From Squalus acanthias (Eukaryota): a stretch of 64,000 bases of DNA. This document shows, piece after piece, positions 26,887-38,294 of this stretch (position 1 is the stretch's first letter; each line of letters opens with the position of its first letter). The position numbers and the translations under genes are program-made. The notes under the pieces were generated by a model, which was given only the letters and a program-made list of their open reading frames with translations, was not told the origin of the DNA and did not search any database. The stretch spans positions 70,992,001 to 71,056,000 of the forward strand of contig CM059432.1 in the NCBI GenBank assembly GCA_030390025.1, read 5' to 3'.

Positions 26887-27137
26887 CTCCTGTGCACCTC
26901 TCTCCTGTGCACCTCTCTCCTGTGCACCTCTCTCCTGTGCACACCTCTCCTGTGCACCTCTCTCCTGTGCACCTCTCTCCTGTGCACCTCTCTCCTGTGC
27001 ACCTCTCTCCTGTGTACACCTCTCCTGTGCACCTCTCTCCTGTGCACCTCTCTCCTGTGCACCTCTCTCCTGTGCCCCTCTCTCCTGTGCACCTCTCTCC
27101 TGTGCCCCTCACTCCTGTGCACCTCTCTCCTGTGCAC
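26887..27137. repeat. 15-bp minisatellite, distal part (about 17 copies, mainly TGTGCACCTCTCTCC)
   Basis: Directly visible. Confidence 0.95.
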
Positions 27138-28277
27138 ATGCTGATCCCACCACAGCATGTTGTCGCTGCCATTGGTGGTGATGGTCTTCCTCTTCTAATG
27201 TGCTGTCAAACACATCCAACATGCCTCCCATCCTGATCTTGTCAGTTTGAAAACCCCCAAAGTTTGGAAAAAGTTGCATCCACACAAGAACTCCCTGCCA
27301 GAGGGAACTGAGACACCAGCTGCATAAAGTGAGCTTTTATCCAGATGGGACAATCTCAAGTTTAAATATTCACCTGAACTGCGTCTCAATCTCAGGTCTG
27401 TTACCCTGATCAGTTTCCCAAGCCCCGGGAAACCTGTGCTGGAGACGTTAAATTTAAACCAAAGTAAAGTTCAATTAAAAAACACCTTATTAACCTCTCC
27501 CAAGGATGTTAATTGCATCAATAAGTACCCGTCTGCCTGCACTAATTAAAACCCCAACTTCAGTGAGTATTTTACTCTCAGGTATCCGAGCGCACCTCCA
27601 TTAAACCTGGAAGTGGGCGCATTCAAGCTGGGTTGCTGTTGCGATCAAAAAACAATTATTTTAACTACCCACCCGTTCCTGGGGTTAAAATTCCCCCCAC
27701 GTTTCAGGTCGATGACTATTCACATACAGTATTTGCAACACAGCACTACCTGGTGGTCAAATCCTGCAATTGCAGAGTGACAAACCTACAAGGGGGGAGA
27801 AATTCTGTTGGTTAGCACCTTCTGTTAGCGCCTGGCCGGGGCTCTAACGGGGCACTAATGAAGTAGCGCTGGGGTGAGGTAAATCCAGCACCACACGCCA
27901 AATCCAGTCGCCCCTTAGCGCCGCCGCTAACAGTTAGCGCCTGGGGCTTTAGCGCCAAGCAACTCGTGATGTCAGTGAGCTCACTCAGTGCCGGATCTGC
28001 TAAATTGATTATCGCCCCCTGCCTTAGCGCCTCGCCCCGACAACGACAGGAAGAGGAGGCGTGAAGCAGGCGGATGGAGGCTCCAGGGGCGATATTTAAA
28101 GGGATCAGTCGCAGCTGTCAGGTTAGTGCTGTTTCACTGCTTCCTTGTCAGTTTGCGATTGTGCAAGAGTTTCATTCAGTCATTTAAAGGTTCTTTAGTA
28201 TCAGGAGTGTTGTGGCTACTAAAATTTTTTTACATTTATTCTGACAAAATTTCAAAGTGTTACACATTGTTACATTA

Positions 28278-29351
28278 ATGGGGGCTGTACTGGCAGTCGA
28301 CCTCCCCCTCCAGGATCTACTGCGGAGGGAGCGCAGGCAGCGAGAAAGATTGGAACATGTGGCCACAGTGAGGAGGAGGGCCATCAGGGCTCTCAACAGG
28401 AGGCCTTACCCTCCGAGGGTATTCCAAGAGCACTTCTCCTACCTCGAATTAAGTGAGGAGCAGTGCATTAGAAGGCTCCGCTTCACCAAGGAGGTGGTCA
28501 CCGAACTCTGCCACATCCTGCAACCAGACCTCGAGCTACAGATCAGGGCGACCACGGCTCTTTCAGTGGCAGTCAAGGTCACCATCACCCTCAGTTTCTT
28601 CGCCAGCGGTTCCTTCCAGTCTGCAACAGGAGTTATATCTAACATCTCACAGTTTGCCGTCCATCGCTGCATCCGGGAGGTCACAGAGGCTCTCTACAAT
28701 AGGAGAAGGGACTACATTTCCCTCCCCATCACCAGAGAGAAGCAGGATGAGTGTGCATGTGGCTTTGCCAGGATAGCGGGTTTCCCCTTGGTGCAGGGCG
28801 CCATTGACTGCACCCACGTGGCTTTGCGGGCACCGCATAACAATCCTGAGATCTTCCATAACCGCAAAGGCTACCACTCACTTAATGTGAAGTTAATGTG
28901 TGACCACAGACAGCGAATCCTCAGTGTGAATGCCTGCTATCCTGGCAGCAGCCACGATGCCTTCATCCTGCGCCAGACTGGTGTGCCAGCACTCTTCCAG
29001 CCGTCACATCAAGCTCGCGGCTGGCTGGTCAGAGACAAGGTCTATCCGCTCTCCACCTGGCGCATGACTCCCCCCCGCAACACCAACACTCCTGCCCAGC
29101 ACTCATATAATGAGAGCCATGCTGCCACCAGGAACATCATCGAGCAGACCATCGGGGTGCTCAAGCAACAGTTCCGCTGCCTTGACTGCTCGGGAGCAGC
29201 CATCCAGTACTTGGCTGAGCAGGTGTCCCATTTTGTCATGGTCTGCTGCATGCTCCACAACTTGGCCATCATGAGGGCCCAGCCCTTGTCACCAGAGATT
29301 GTGGGACCACCTCAGGAGGAGGAAGAGGAGGAGGAGGACAAGGACGAGTAG
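28278..29351 (+). CDS. Harbinger DDE transposase (HARBI1-like), open reading frame with some motif damage
   Basis: RRPYPPRVF, AVKVTITLSFFASGSFQ, GAIDCTH, PGSSHDAFIL, RDKVYP (normally GDKGYP), IIEQTIGVLKQQFRCL; acidic tail ends early at TAG. Confidence 0.75.
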   Translation: MGAVLAVDLPLQDLLRRERRQRERLEHVATVRRRAIRALNRRPYPPRVFQEHFSYLELSEEQCIRRLRFTKEVVTELCHILQPDLELQIRATTALSVAVKVTITLSFFASGSFQSATGVISNISQFAVHRCIREVTEALYNRRRDYISLPITREKQDECACGFARIAGFPLVQGAIDCTHVALRAPHNNPEIFHNRKGYHSLNVKLMCDHRQRILSVNACYPGSSHDAFILRQTGVPALFQPSHQARGWLVRDKVYPLSTWRMTPPRNTNTPAQHSYNESHAATRNIIEQTIGVLKQQFRCLDCSGAAIQYLAEQVSHFVMVCCMLHNLAIMRAQPLSPEIVGPPQEEEEEEEDKDE

Positions 29352-29619
29352 GAAGAGGAAGATGAGGAGGAGGAGAAGGAGACACAGGAGCGAAGGAGGA
29401 GGCAGCCCCTCAATCGGCCTTCTGGAAGGGCAGTCCATGACCGCCCCATCAGACTGCTGTTCCAATAAATTAAACCCCAGATCCCCGTTGCTCACCACAT
29501 CCTTATCATTCTATGCCTGTCGCAGGCCATATCACAGCGCAAAGCTGAAATGAATCATCCAAAGCCAATGAATACATTTATCAATAATCAGTAACACATA
29601 TTTACAACAACAGTATTAA

Positions 29620-31546
29620 CTATTCACCCTTGTGCAATCCCTTAGTGCCTCTTGTTACTGTGCCTTTGCCTACTCTAGTGCTCCTACAAAGTGTTGGCCC
29701 AGTGGCTGCAGCACGGTCGGAGGAAGGCTGCTGAGTGTCCATGCGGGAGACTTCAGATGGCCTTGCAGGACGCCCTCGACCAGCTCTGGGCCTGGAAGGC
29801 CCGGCTGTAGACTGCGCCACCTCAGCATGGGCGGCAGCAATCTGGGCTGGCTGGATGACATGCAGCGACAAGGGCAATGGCGGAGTGGCAGTGGTGGGAG
29901 CAGGAATGCTGTCATCCTGAGAGAGGACAGTAGCTTCCTGCTCCACTGACCCACTGCCACTCCCTCGGGGCAGCACCTCAGCATCACGACCAATCTGCAG
30001 GAGCACAGATTGTGACCTGCTGCGACACCGTGACAGCCCCGGTGGACGGTGGTCGACCCAGCCACGGTGGCAGCAGTCAGAACTTGCGTGGCATCAAGCT
30101 GAGACGGTATGAGAGCAGTCTGAGATTGGATGCCACCAACCATAGACTGCATTACAGCACTAAGACGTTGCGTCGCTTCCGCCAGTGCTGCAATGGAAGC
30201 TGCCAGATCGCCCCTCACACATGTCATCAGGTCTAGGTTGCCACAATCTCTCTGGGACAGCAAATGATGGGCTCCATGGTGTGCGCAGAGCTTTGTGCAA
30301 TGTTGGAGGCGGACTCTCCACACTCCTTACCACTGCCGAGAGGCTCTCGGGCACCCTTGACATTGCACCCACCATCTCCTTGTGCATGCCCATCACCCTT
30401 CTTCTAAAGGCCTCCCCATTGAGGTCCTCATCTGAGTCCTGTGCGGCAGAACTCGCACACGAACTTGCCCTGCGGGGAGCTGATTCCCGAGCTACCCTTT
30501 CCCCCTGGCCTTGCTGCAGCCCACTCGTCCCCGGTGCCTCACACTGTGCAGATCCCGCTACTATACTAGCCTCTAAAGAATGCCTAGCGCCAGTATCTGA
30601 GCTGGCGCCAACGGGTGAGACATGCAGTGACACAGTGTGTTCTTCGTCCTCCTCTTCTCCCACCTCGCTCTCTGCGGTGCCCTCAGGGAAAGGCTGCTCA
30701 GGTGCTTGCTCATTATCTGAAAGCATAAAGGCACAAGAGTCGGGTTAGGGTGAGGGGATGGGGACAGGAAGGGAGAAATGCATGCGTACAGCATGATTAG
30801 CTGGAAAGTCCAAAATGCCTGTGGGGTGAGGGGGAAGTGGGATGTGAGAAGAAGGAGTAGGGATGAACATACCCTTGTTGTCCCCAAGGGGGTCAACGTC
30901 ACCGGTGGCCATGCATGGCGTCCACCACCTGGCACCCAATGATTTGCAGAACTCTTTCCTCCAGCTCAGAAAGTGGTTGGGTGTCATCTTGTCCCCCGCC
31001 TGTGCGCTCCTGCTCCCTGCTGTTGTGAGCCACCTTGGCCTGCAGGAGAAAGGAAAGTGTGAGTGAGTGTGGAGCAATGTGTTTGGGAGATGTGCCTGCC
31101 ATAGTTGAATAGTTGTCATTGTGTGCAAGGTGTGAGATGTGGGTGTGAGTGTTGGTAGGTAGAGATTGTTGGTGGGTGAGTGCCAGGAGTGTGGTGCTTT
31201 GGGCAGTGTGTGCAGACTGTGGTTCAGACGGTGGTATGTAGCATTTGTCGAAGAATTGACTCACCCTGACCACCCGAGTGAGGTCATTAAATTTCTTCCT
31301 GCACTGTGTGTGGGTCCTGGGGACCACAGTGCTGCCCGAGACCTGATGGGCAACCTCCCTCTACATGGCACGAAGACTTGGGGCGAAGGCCTCCTGCCAC
31401 TTGTTGGGTACAGCACCGCCCTCAGTCTCTCCACAGCGAACACCAACTCCTCCAATGCTTGGTCCCAGAATCTGCCAGAAACAGACTGGTGTCTCATTAG
31501 TCCATGCAGGTCGGGTCCTATGACGTTGGCAGTACGTTGTTGCCAT
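29620..31546 (-). pseudogene. Harbinger Myb/SANT-like gene, 3 exons, frameshifted
   Basis: RFWDQALEELVFAVERLR..., RTHTQCRKKFNDLTRVVR|GTGAGT, AKVAHNSREQERTGGG; exon 3 is spread over three frames. Confidence 0.85.
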
Positions 31547-31616
31547 TTTAGTCTGCGAACGCACGGCAACTCCGCAGCGCCAGGCCCGCCACAACCAGGA
31601 TCCCTTTCTAACCAGG

Positions 31617-31634
31617 TGTCAGCCATGGCTCAAT

Positions 31635-31665
<31 letters not shown>

Positions 31666-32081
31666 GTGGGTTCATTTCCCACTCCAGTGACTTTAACACA
31701 TAATTGAGGCTGGCACTTCTCTGCAATGCTGTGGGAGTGCTGCACTGTTGGAGGTGTCATCTTTCAGATGAGACGTTAAACCAAGGCCCTGTCTGCCCTC
31801 TCAGGTGGACATAAAAGATCCCATGGCATTATTTCAAAGAAGAGCAGGGGAGTTCTCCTTGGTAACCTGGCCAATAATTATCCCTCAATAAAAATCACCA
31901 AAACAGATTATCTGGTCATTATCATATTGCTGTTTGTAAGACCTTGCTGTGCGCAAATTAGCTGCTGTGTTTCCTACAATGCAAAACACTGACTACACTT
32001 CAAAAGTGCTGTAAAATGCTTTCTGATGGCCTAAGGTTGTGAAAGGCGCTATTAAATGCAAGTTTTTCTTTTTCTTTTTTA
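31617..32081 (+). mobile_element. Deu-domain tRNA SINE
   Basis: Same family as 19811; L2-like tail GTGAAAGGCGCTATTAAATGCAAG. Confidence 0.88.
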
Positions 32082-33834
32082 AAGGGATCACCGAAGGCTA
32101 TGGTGGGAAAATTAAAAAATAGGTTTGGTAAGGATTTTTTGGCAGCAGGATCAACTTGGCCCTCCCTTTAAATTGATTTCTGTGGGCTCGGTTCTGCGAA
32201 AGGGGTGCCAGATGTAGTTTCCTCCCACCCCCCCCCCCCACTTGCCTTCCCCCCCCCCCCACCCCACAGAACAACAAGCTGCCTGTTAGCACTCAGATTG
32301 CTGCTGTGGCAGCTCACTATTTCCATGCAAATGAGGCCCAACCATTAAAATAGTTCAGGCCTCGTGCTGCATCGGGCAGATGTTCATTCATTGACGAAAA
32401 GTTCTTGGACCAAGGCACAGTAAAATAACTTCCCATGGGCTGAGCTTTGAGGCCCTCATGCTTCTTCTCATCAATGTCTCCTTTCTGCTGGAAAGAGCAA
32501 TAAGGGAAATGCCTCTGTCCCTCACAATGTTATGGGGTAGGCAATGACAATCCCCTTATTGACAACACTCAAAATTACGTTTGAGATCGGCGCACGTTTC
32601 ATTTCAATCTCTCCTTCTGCAATGCAATTAAAAATTGTGTTATTGTTTAAGGATTCATAGATTAGGAATATTTGCCTCTTATTTTACGGGTCTAACCACA
32701 GCAAATGGGACCCTTCATTTTTATGAAGCTGCTTTCTAACTCTTCTGGAAGTTAGGTTTTAATTTAAAAAACTGAAATGAAGCTGATTGCTGTTCAAATA
32801 GAAACACAATGCTTCCAACAACAAAAAGTAACGGACTGTTGCTGTAAGTGTAATTTTTTTTTTACCTAATCACTGTTTTCGAATTATTGCTGTATTTGTG
32901 GAGGTCGTACTTTTAAAAATCAAAGTACAGCAAATGTTTTTAAGCCAAAATAAACCCTGACTGCTGACATTTATACTTAGTGGGGAATTCTAGGTATACC
33001 ACTGCGTGTTAGTAACGCATACTGACACATTGTGTTATACTCTTCTTTTAATATTAGACTGCTAGCTCATTCTGACTCAAGGCCATTGAAGAGATGCTTA
33101 AATTACATAGAATTAGAATATAAAACATCTTCTCAGCAGACAATGGTAGCCTGTGCAAAACAATTAGAGAAGGGAGCCCAAGCTATTGTTAAAACAATGT
33201 AGTCGTGCATGTTTGTGATGAGCAAATATCTTGGGTAAATGAACCAAACACTACAGTAACAGCTCAATTTATCCATCCAAAGCAGATTTAAATAACAATA
33301 TTACACATCTTTTTCAATACAACATTATACAGCAGTACATGCTGCAAATCAGCTCAATGAACATCCTACTAATAAAGTGCGATATATAAAGTAGCAGCTG
33401 TTGTAGGTAACAATGCAAAAACATGAGTGCCTCAAGCAGGCTCTTCAGATACAATATGTGTGTCTGATACACTCTGGAAATTTGCAATCAAATGCTGCTT
33501 TTAGTGCTGTGACTACACTTGTAAAATGGTGGTCGTGAATGGATATTTTGAGACACATTTTAAAACAGCATCTTAGTTTCTTTTGAGCTCTCAGAGAACA
33601 TGTATGTACCCAAATGTGATTTTGTGTAATTTTGCAAAACTTGTAACTGTTAATAAAGGATGGAATGAGTGTTTTTGTTTTTAACCTATGTCACAGAATC
33701 ATCCTAGAAATTAAAGCTTGGCACCCAAAGCAGGGGAAGGTTGTATAAACAATTCAAATGCATTTAACACAAGTAAATGCAATATTCTAAGTTAACAACA
33801 ACTTGCATTTATACAGCATCTTTAGTCTAGAAAA

Positions 33835-33966
33835 TAAGAACATAAGAAGAATATAAGAAATAGGAGCTGGAGTAGGCTATTTGGCCCTTCGAGCCTGCTC
33901 CGCCATTCAACAAGATCATGGCTGATCTTCTACCTCAACTCCACCTTCCCGCACTATCTCCATATC
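33835..33966 (-). mobile_element. CR1 3' UTR stub inside an L2 3' fragment
   Basis: AAGAACATAAGAA...ATAGGAGCTGGAGTAGGC matches the CR1 tails at 11444 and 42692. Confidence 0.75.
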
Positions 33967-34022
33967 ATCCCAAGGTGCTTCACAGAGGTGTAAGGGGAAA
34001 ATAAGGGATGGCGAGCCAAAGA

Positions 34023-34410
34023 AGGAAAGAAAGACTTGCATTTATATAGCGCTTTTCACGACCTCGGGATGTCCCAAAACGCTTTACAGCCAATGAAGTA
34101 CTTTTGAAGTGTAGTCATTGTTGTAATGTAGAAATGCAGCAGCCAATTTGCGCATAGCAAGGTCCCACAAACAGCAATGAGATAACGACCAGATCATTTG
34201 TTTTAGACATATTGGTTGAGGGATAAATATTGGCCAGGACACAGGGTGAACTCCTGTGCTCTTCTTCGAATAATGCAATGGGATCTTTTACATCCACCTG
34301 ATAGAGCATTCGGAGCCTCTGACAGTGCAGCACTCCCTCACTACTACACTGGTGTGTCAGCCTAGATTATGGGCTCAAGTCTCTGGAGTGGGACTTGAAC
34401 CCACTCCAGA
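34023..34410 (-). mobile_element. Deu-domain tRNA SINE
   Basis: Reverse complement of the 31617 family. Confidence 0.85.
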
Positions 34411-34820
34411 ACTGTATTTCCCTCACTCCCACTGGCAATAAGTCAATGAATGGTGGTTTCCTGGGGGTAGAAATTAGGTCGCGCCCCATTTGGGGCGCAA
34501 ATATCGTCCGCGCGCAAATATTAGCGCCTGGCGCTAATTATCGGCACTGACAGGAAACTTCACTTTTACCGCCCCGGGAGGTGAGTGGAGCGCTAAATTA
34601 GGCGCTGCACACCTCTCTTAAGGCGCAAAGGCCTAGGAGTGAGGCGCTAACTCAGCGCACGAGCGCAGCGCAGCTGCTGCCAGTTAGCGAGGGAGCACAG
34701 ACACACTGGCGCCGGACACTTCTTAAAGCGGGGGGGGCCACTTGCTCCCCAGCCACACCCTGCTCATTGCAGCCTTGAATCTCAGCCTGGAGAGACCTGT
34801 AATCCATTTTGCTGCCAAGC

Positions 34821-36839
34821 ATGGAGAGGGTGAGAGAACGCGCTCATCGCTTCACCGAGCGGGCCTTGGATGCTCTGGTTGACGCAGTGGAGCGCAGACG
34901 ATGCATGCTGTTCCCAGAGAGTGGCAGGAGGCCTTTGCCACGTGAGTTCAGAAGAGTGTGGAGGGAGGTGGCTCAGAGCGTCTCCTCCAGGAGCATGGTG
35001 CCCAGGACCCATGTCCAGTGCCGCAAAAAGTTCAACGACCTCACTCGGGTCGTCAGGGTGAGTGGCTTTTTCTCAATACCTCTCCATCCCTCCATCTCAA
35101 CCTCACTCTATGGCCAGAGGGTCTTAAAACCCCAATGCACAACACTCATCCAACACCTATGGCCCTTTCATGAAACACACACACACATTCCACACTTTGC
35201 ATACAGTAAGGGCTATTCACCTATGGGAGGCACATCAGGCAAGACCATGGCTGCATACAGTAAGGGCTATTCACCTATGGGAGGCACATCAGGCAAGACC
35301 ATGGCTGCATACAGTAAGGGCTATTCGTCTATGGGAGGCACATCAGGCAAGACCATGGCTGCATATTGTAAGGGCTATTCACCTATGGGAGGCACATCAG
35401 GCAAGACCATGGCTGTATATTGACTCAGATGCTGTCCTTTTTCTTGCAGGCTAAGCTGGCTCATAATCGGAGACAGCAGCAACGGACGGGTGGAGGGCGG
35501 CTTCAGCTGCAACCCCTCAGCGATCTGGAGGAGCGCGTCCACAGGATTGTGGCAAGCCGGGTGATCGGTCCCGTCGCCACTGGAGACGCCGACCCCGTTG
35601 TGGACAGCAATGGTAAGGTCATCACCTTTTAGTCCTCTGTCCTTCCACTTGTCCCTCACAATACCAGCCTTTGACACTTTCAATCCAACTTGCTAACTCG
35701 CTGCACTTATTCCTCCCTTACTGCCACCCTGTCCTCACGCTAAAGCCACTCTTGTACCTCCCTGCTTTCAGATGGTGATTCACCAGCTGAGGAGATGGTC
35801 CCTGAAGCTGCCACTGGGAGTGATGCTGCAGCTGAGGAGGAAGAGGAAGCCGGAGCATCAGTGCCACACTCTCCCGAGGAAGCCCATGGCCACACTGGGA
35901 ACACGCCTTCCCCGGAGGGGAGCAGGGGGGAAGGGGCTGATGATGGTGAAGTTCCAGGACCCAGCGGGCTGCAGCAACGCCATGGGGGGGGGAGGGAAGA
36001 ACGGGGGAGCAGGGGGGAAGGGGCTGATGATGGTGAAGTTCCAGGACCCAGCGGGCTGCAGCAACGCCATGGGGGGGGGGAGGGAAGAACGGGAGCCTTC
36101 TCCCCAGAGGGAGAGTATGCCAGACACTCCTAATGCAATGGACGCAGAGGAGGAGCGGCTGATTGCAGAAATGAACAGCCAGGCGGTGGTCATGCACACT
36201 GAGCTCATGGGTGCAGTGGGAAGGGTGCCCAAATGCATTGAGGCACTGGCAAGGAGTGTGGAGCACTTCGCTGTAGCACAGGCGGATGCCACACTAAAGC
36301 TTACTGCTGCAATTCAGTCACTGGCTGCCAGGAACCCATCTGAGCCTGCTCTCATGCAGACTCAGATTGAGGCCACGCGAGCACTGACTGCTGCCATCCT
36401 CGATGGTTCGTGCACATGTCCCCGGGGCTGTCACCGCGCCGCAGCAGGCCAGCAATCTGTTCTCAGGCAAATTGCTCCGGATGCTGAAGTGCTGCCCCGT
36501 GGGAGTGCCAGTGTGTCGGGCGAGCAGGGAGTTGCTGTCCTCTCTCACGATGACAGCATTCCTGCTGCCAACACTGTCACTTCTCCACTGCACTTGCCAC
36601 CGCCTGTAGGACAGACTGCTGCCGCCCATGCAGAGTTGGTGCAGTCTGCAGCCGGGCCCTCCAGGCCCAGAAGTGGTCGAGGCCGTCCTTCAGGGGCATC
36701 TGCAGTGTCAGGGTCTGACAAGCAGCAGCCTTCCACCAGCCTTGCTGCAGCCACTGAGGTCCCATTACGGAGGAGCAGTAGGGTTAGAAGGGGGGAAGTG
36801 CGCAAGGGAAGGAGATCACCCTCGAAGGGCAAAAAGTAG
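34821..36839 (+). CDS. Harbinger Myb/SANT-like protein; exons 34821-35057, 35450-35612, 35772-36839; one +1 frameshift in the G10 run at 36071-36080
   Basis: MERVRERAHRFTERALDALVDAVERRR...WREVAQSVS...QCRKKFNDLTRVVR; GT-AG introns with compatible phases (0 and 1); basic C-terminus LRRSSRVRR...KGKK. Confidence 0.8.
35199..35418. repeat. 54-bp tandem repeat x4 in intron 1 of the Myb gene
   Basis: GCATACAGTAAGGGCTATTCACCTATGGGAGGCACATCAGGCAAGACCATGGCT repeated. Confidence 0.95.
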
Positions 36840-37133
36840 GAGGTGTGCCAAAATGCTGGTCATTTTTTTATTAAAGGCCGAGGTTCATGGCCCAACTTTT
36901 GTTTAGTGTTTTGGACATTATCTCCAGGTTGTGAGAACCAGTTATGTTATTGACTGTTTTTTTGTGTTTATTTCTATGAGTTTGTCATGAGGAATTGACA
37001 CACACAGAGTTTGTACAATAAATAGGTTTCTGTATTCAAAATATACATGGCTGGTGGTTGGAATTATTGGTGCCTTGGCCGGCTTAGGGGTTGCGTGCTG
37101 GGTTGATTCGTGTTTGTAGCACTGGCAGGGGCC

Positions 37134-38294
37134 CTAGAAGCGGCTTGCTATTAGTCGTTGACGGACGGCCCTTGCAGTTTGACCATTGTGGGCCGCCCTC
37201 CTGCCTTGGTGCTGCTGCTGATCATCGTCCTCGGCCTGTTCCTCCTCTTCCTCCTCCTCCTCTTGTGGTGCTGCAAGGCCTGGTGGCATTGGCTGCGTCC
37301 TGAGGATTGCCATGTTGTGCAACATGCAGCACACCACTACGAATTTGGAAACTTGCTCAGGCGAGTACTGCAGGGCTCCTCCGGAATGGTCCAGACAGCG
37401 GAATCGTTGTTTGAGCACGCCGATTGTGCGCTCAATAATGTTCCTCGTTGCTTGTTGGCTTTCCTGGTACCGCAGCTCAGCAGGGGTGTTTGGCGCACGG
37501 AGCGGTGTCATCAGCCAGGTGCTCAATGCGTACCCCTTGTCCCCCAGAAGCCAACCAACTGGCTGATGCGGTGCCTCGAAAATTTCTGCCACAGTACTCT
37601 GGCGCAGGATGAAAGCATCGTGGCAGCTGCCCGGATAGTGGGCATTGACAGCGAGAATCACCTGTCTGTGGTCACAGACCAACTGCACATTCAAGGAATG
37701 GAACCCCTTTCTGTTCCGGAACTCCTCTGCATTCTCTCGCGGAGCACGCAAAGCCACATGCGTGCAGTCAATGGCGCCCTGCACCATGGGGAAGCCCGCT
37801 ACCCTCGCAAAGCCCATAGCACGGTCATGCTGCTTGTCTGGGGTCATAGGGAAGGAGATGAAGTCTCGTCTCCTTGTGAAGAGGGCATTGGTGACCTGCC
37901 GGATGCAGCGATGCACCGCAAACTGGGAGATATTGGCGAGGTCCCCAACAGCAGCTTGGAATGAGCCAGTGGCGTAGAAGTTCAAGGCCACTGTGACCTT
38001 CACTGCCACCGACAGAGACGTCCTGGACCTCAGCTGAGGCTGCAGATCTGGCTGCAGCAGGTGGCAGAGCTCAGTGACCACCTCCTTGCTGAATCGCAGC
38101 CTTCGCAAACACAGCTCCTCGGACATGTGGATGTAGGAGAGCTGTTCACGATATACCCTGGGAGGGTAAGCTCTCCTGTACATGCGCCTGATGGGCCTCC
38201 TCCGTCTGGCCATCATTGCCACTCTCTGTCTGCGTCTCACTCTGCTCCGATTGAGCTGGAGCAGGACGACGCCCCCAATCATTGCAGCCCCCAT
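37134..38294 (-). CDS. Harbinger DDE transposase (HARBI1-like), intact 386-aa ORF
   Basis: [59 protein letters not shown] all present; no stops. Confidence 0.93.
   Translation of the reverse strand: MGAAMIGGVVLLQLNRSRVRRRQRVAMMARRRRPIRRMYRRAYPPRVYREQLSYIHMSEELCLRRLRFSKEVVTELCHLLQPDLQPQLRSRTSLSVAVKVTVALNFYATGSFQAAVGDLANISQFAVHRCIRQVTNALFTRRRDFISFPMTPDKQHDRAMGFARVAGFPMVQGAIDCTHVALRAPRENAEEFRNRKGFHSLNVQLVCDHRQVILAVNAHYPGSCHDAFILRQSTVAEIFEAPHQPVGWLLGDKGYALSTWLMTPLRAPNTPAELRYQESQQATRNIIERTIGVLKQRFRCLDHSGGALQYSPEQVSKFVVVCCMLHNMAILRTQPMPPGLAAPQEEEEEEEEQAEDDDQQQHQGRRAAHNGQTARAVRQRLIASRF

Larger units (their letters stand above)
25011..27697. mobile_element. Harbinger-type non-autonomous element inserted in a Penelope remnant, carrying an expanded minisatellite and a CR1 piece
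   Basis: Penelope sequence ...GAGTTAAC (ends 25010) resumes as GTTTCAGGTCGATGAC (27701). Termini GGCCCCGAAATT / AAATTCCCCC; AAC/CAC possible TSD. Confidence 0.6.
27792..32400. mobile_element. PIF/Harbinger transposon; right end not resolved
   Basis: Left terminus GGGGGGAGAAATT, many TAGCGCC motifs, convergent transposase (+) and Myb (-) genes; SINE inserted within GATCCCTTT|AAAGGGATC. Confidence 0.8.

Noticed and set aside
24899..27236. Long ORFs (507-576 aa) with HRREG, CPSLL or PLSPV repeats
   Set aside because: Open in many frames on both strands only because the 15-bp unit has no stop codon; the non-repetitive tail is CR1 ORF2.
37134..38294. Domesticated host HARBI1 (and NAIF1 for the Myb ORFs)
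   Set aside because: Flanked by TIRs and TSD, paired convergently with a Myb gene, and with many paralogous decayed copies nearby; this is transposon context.
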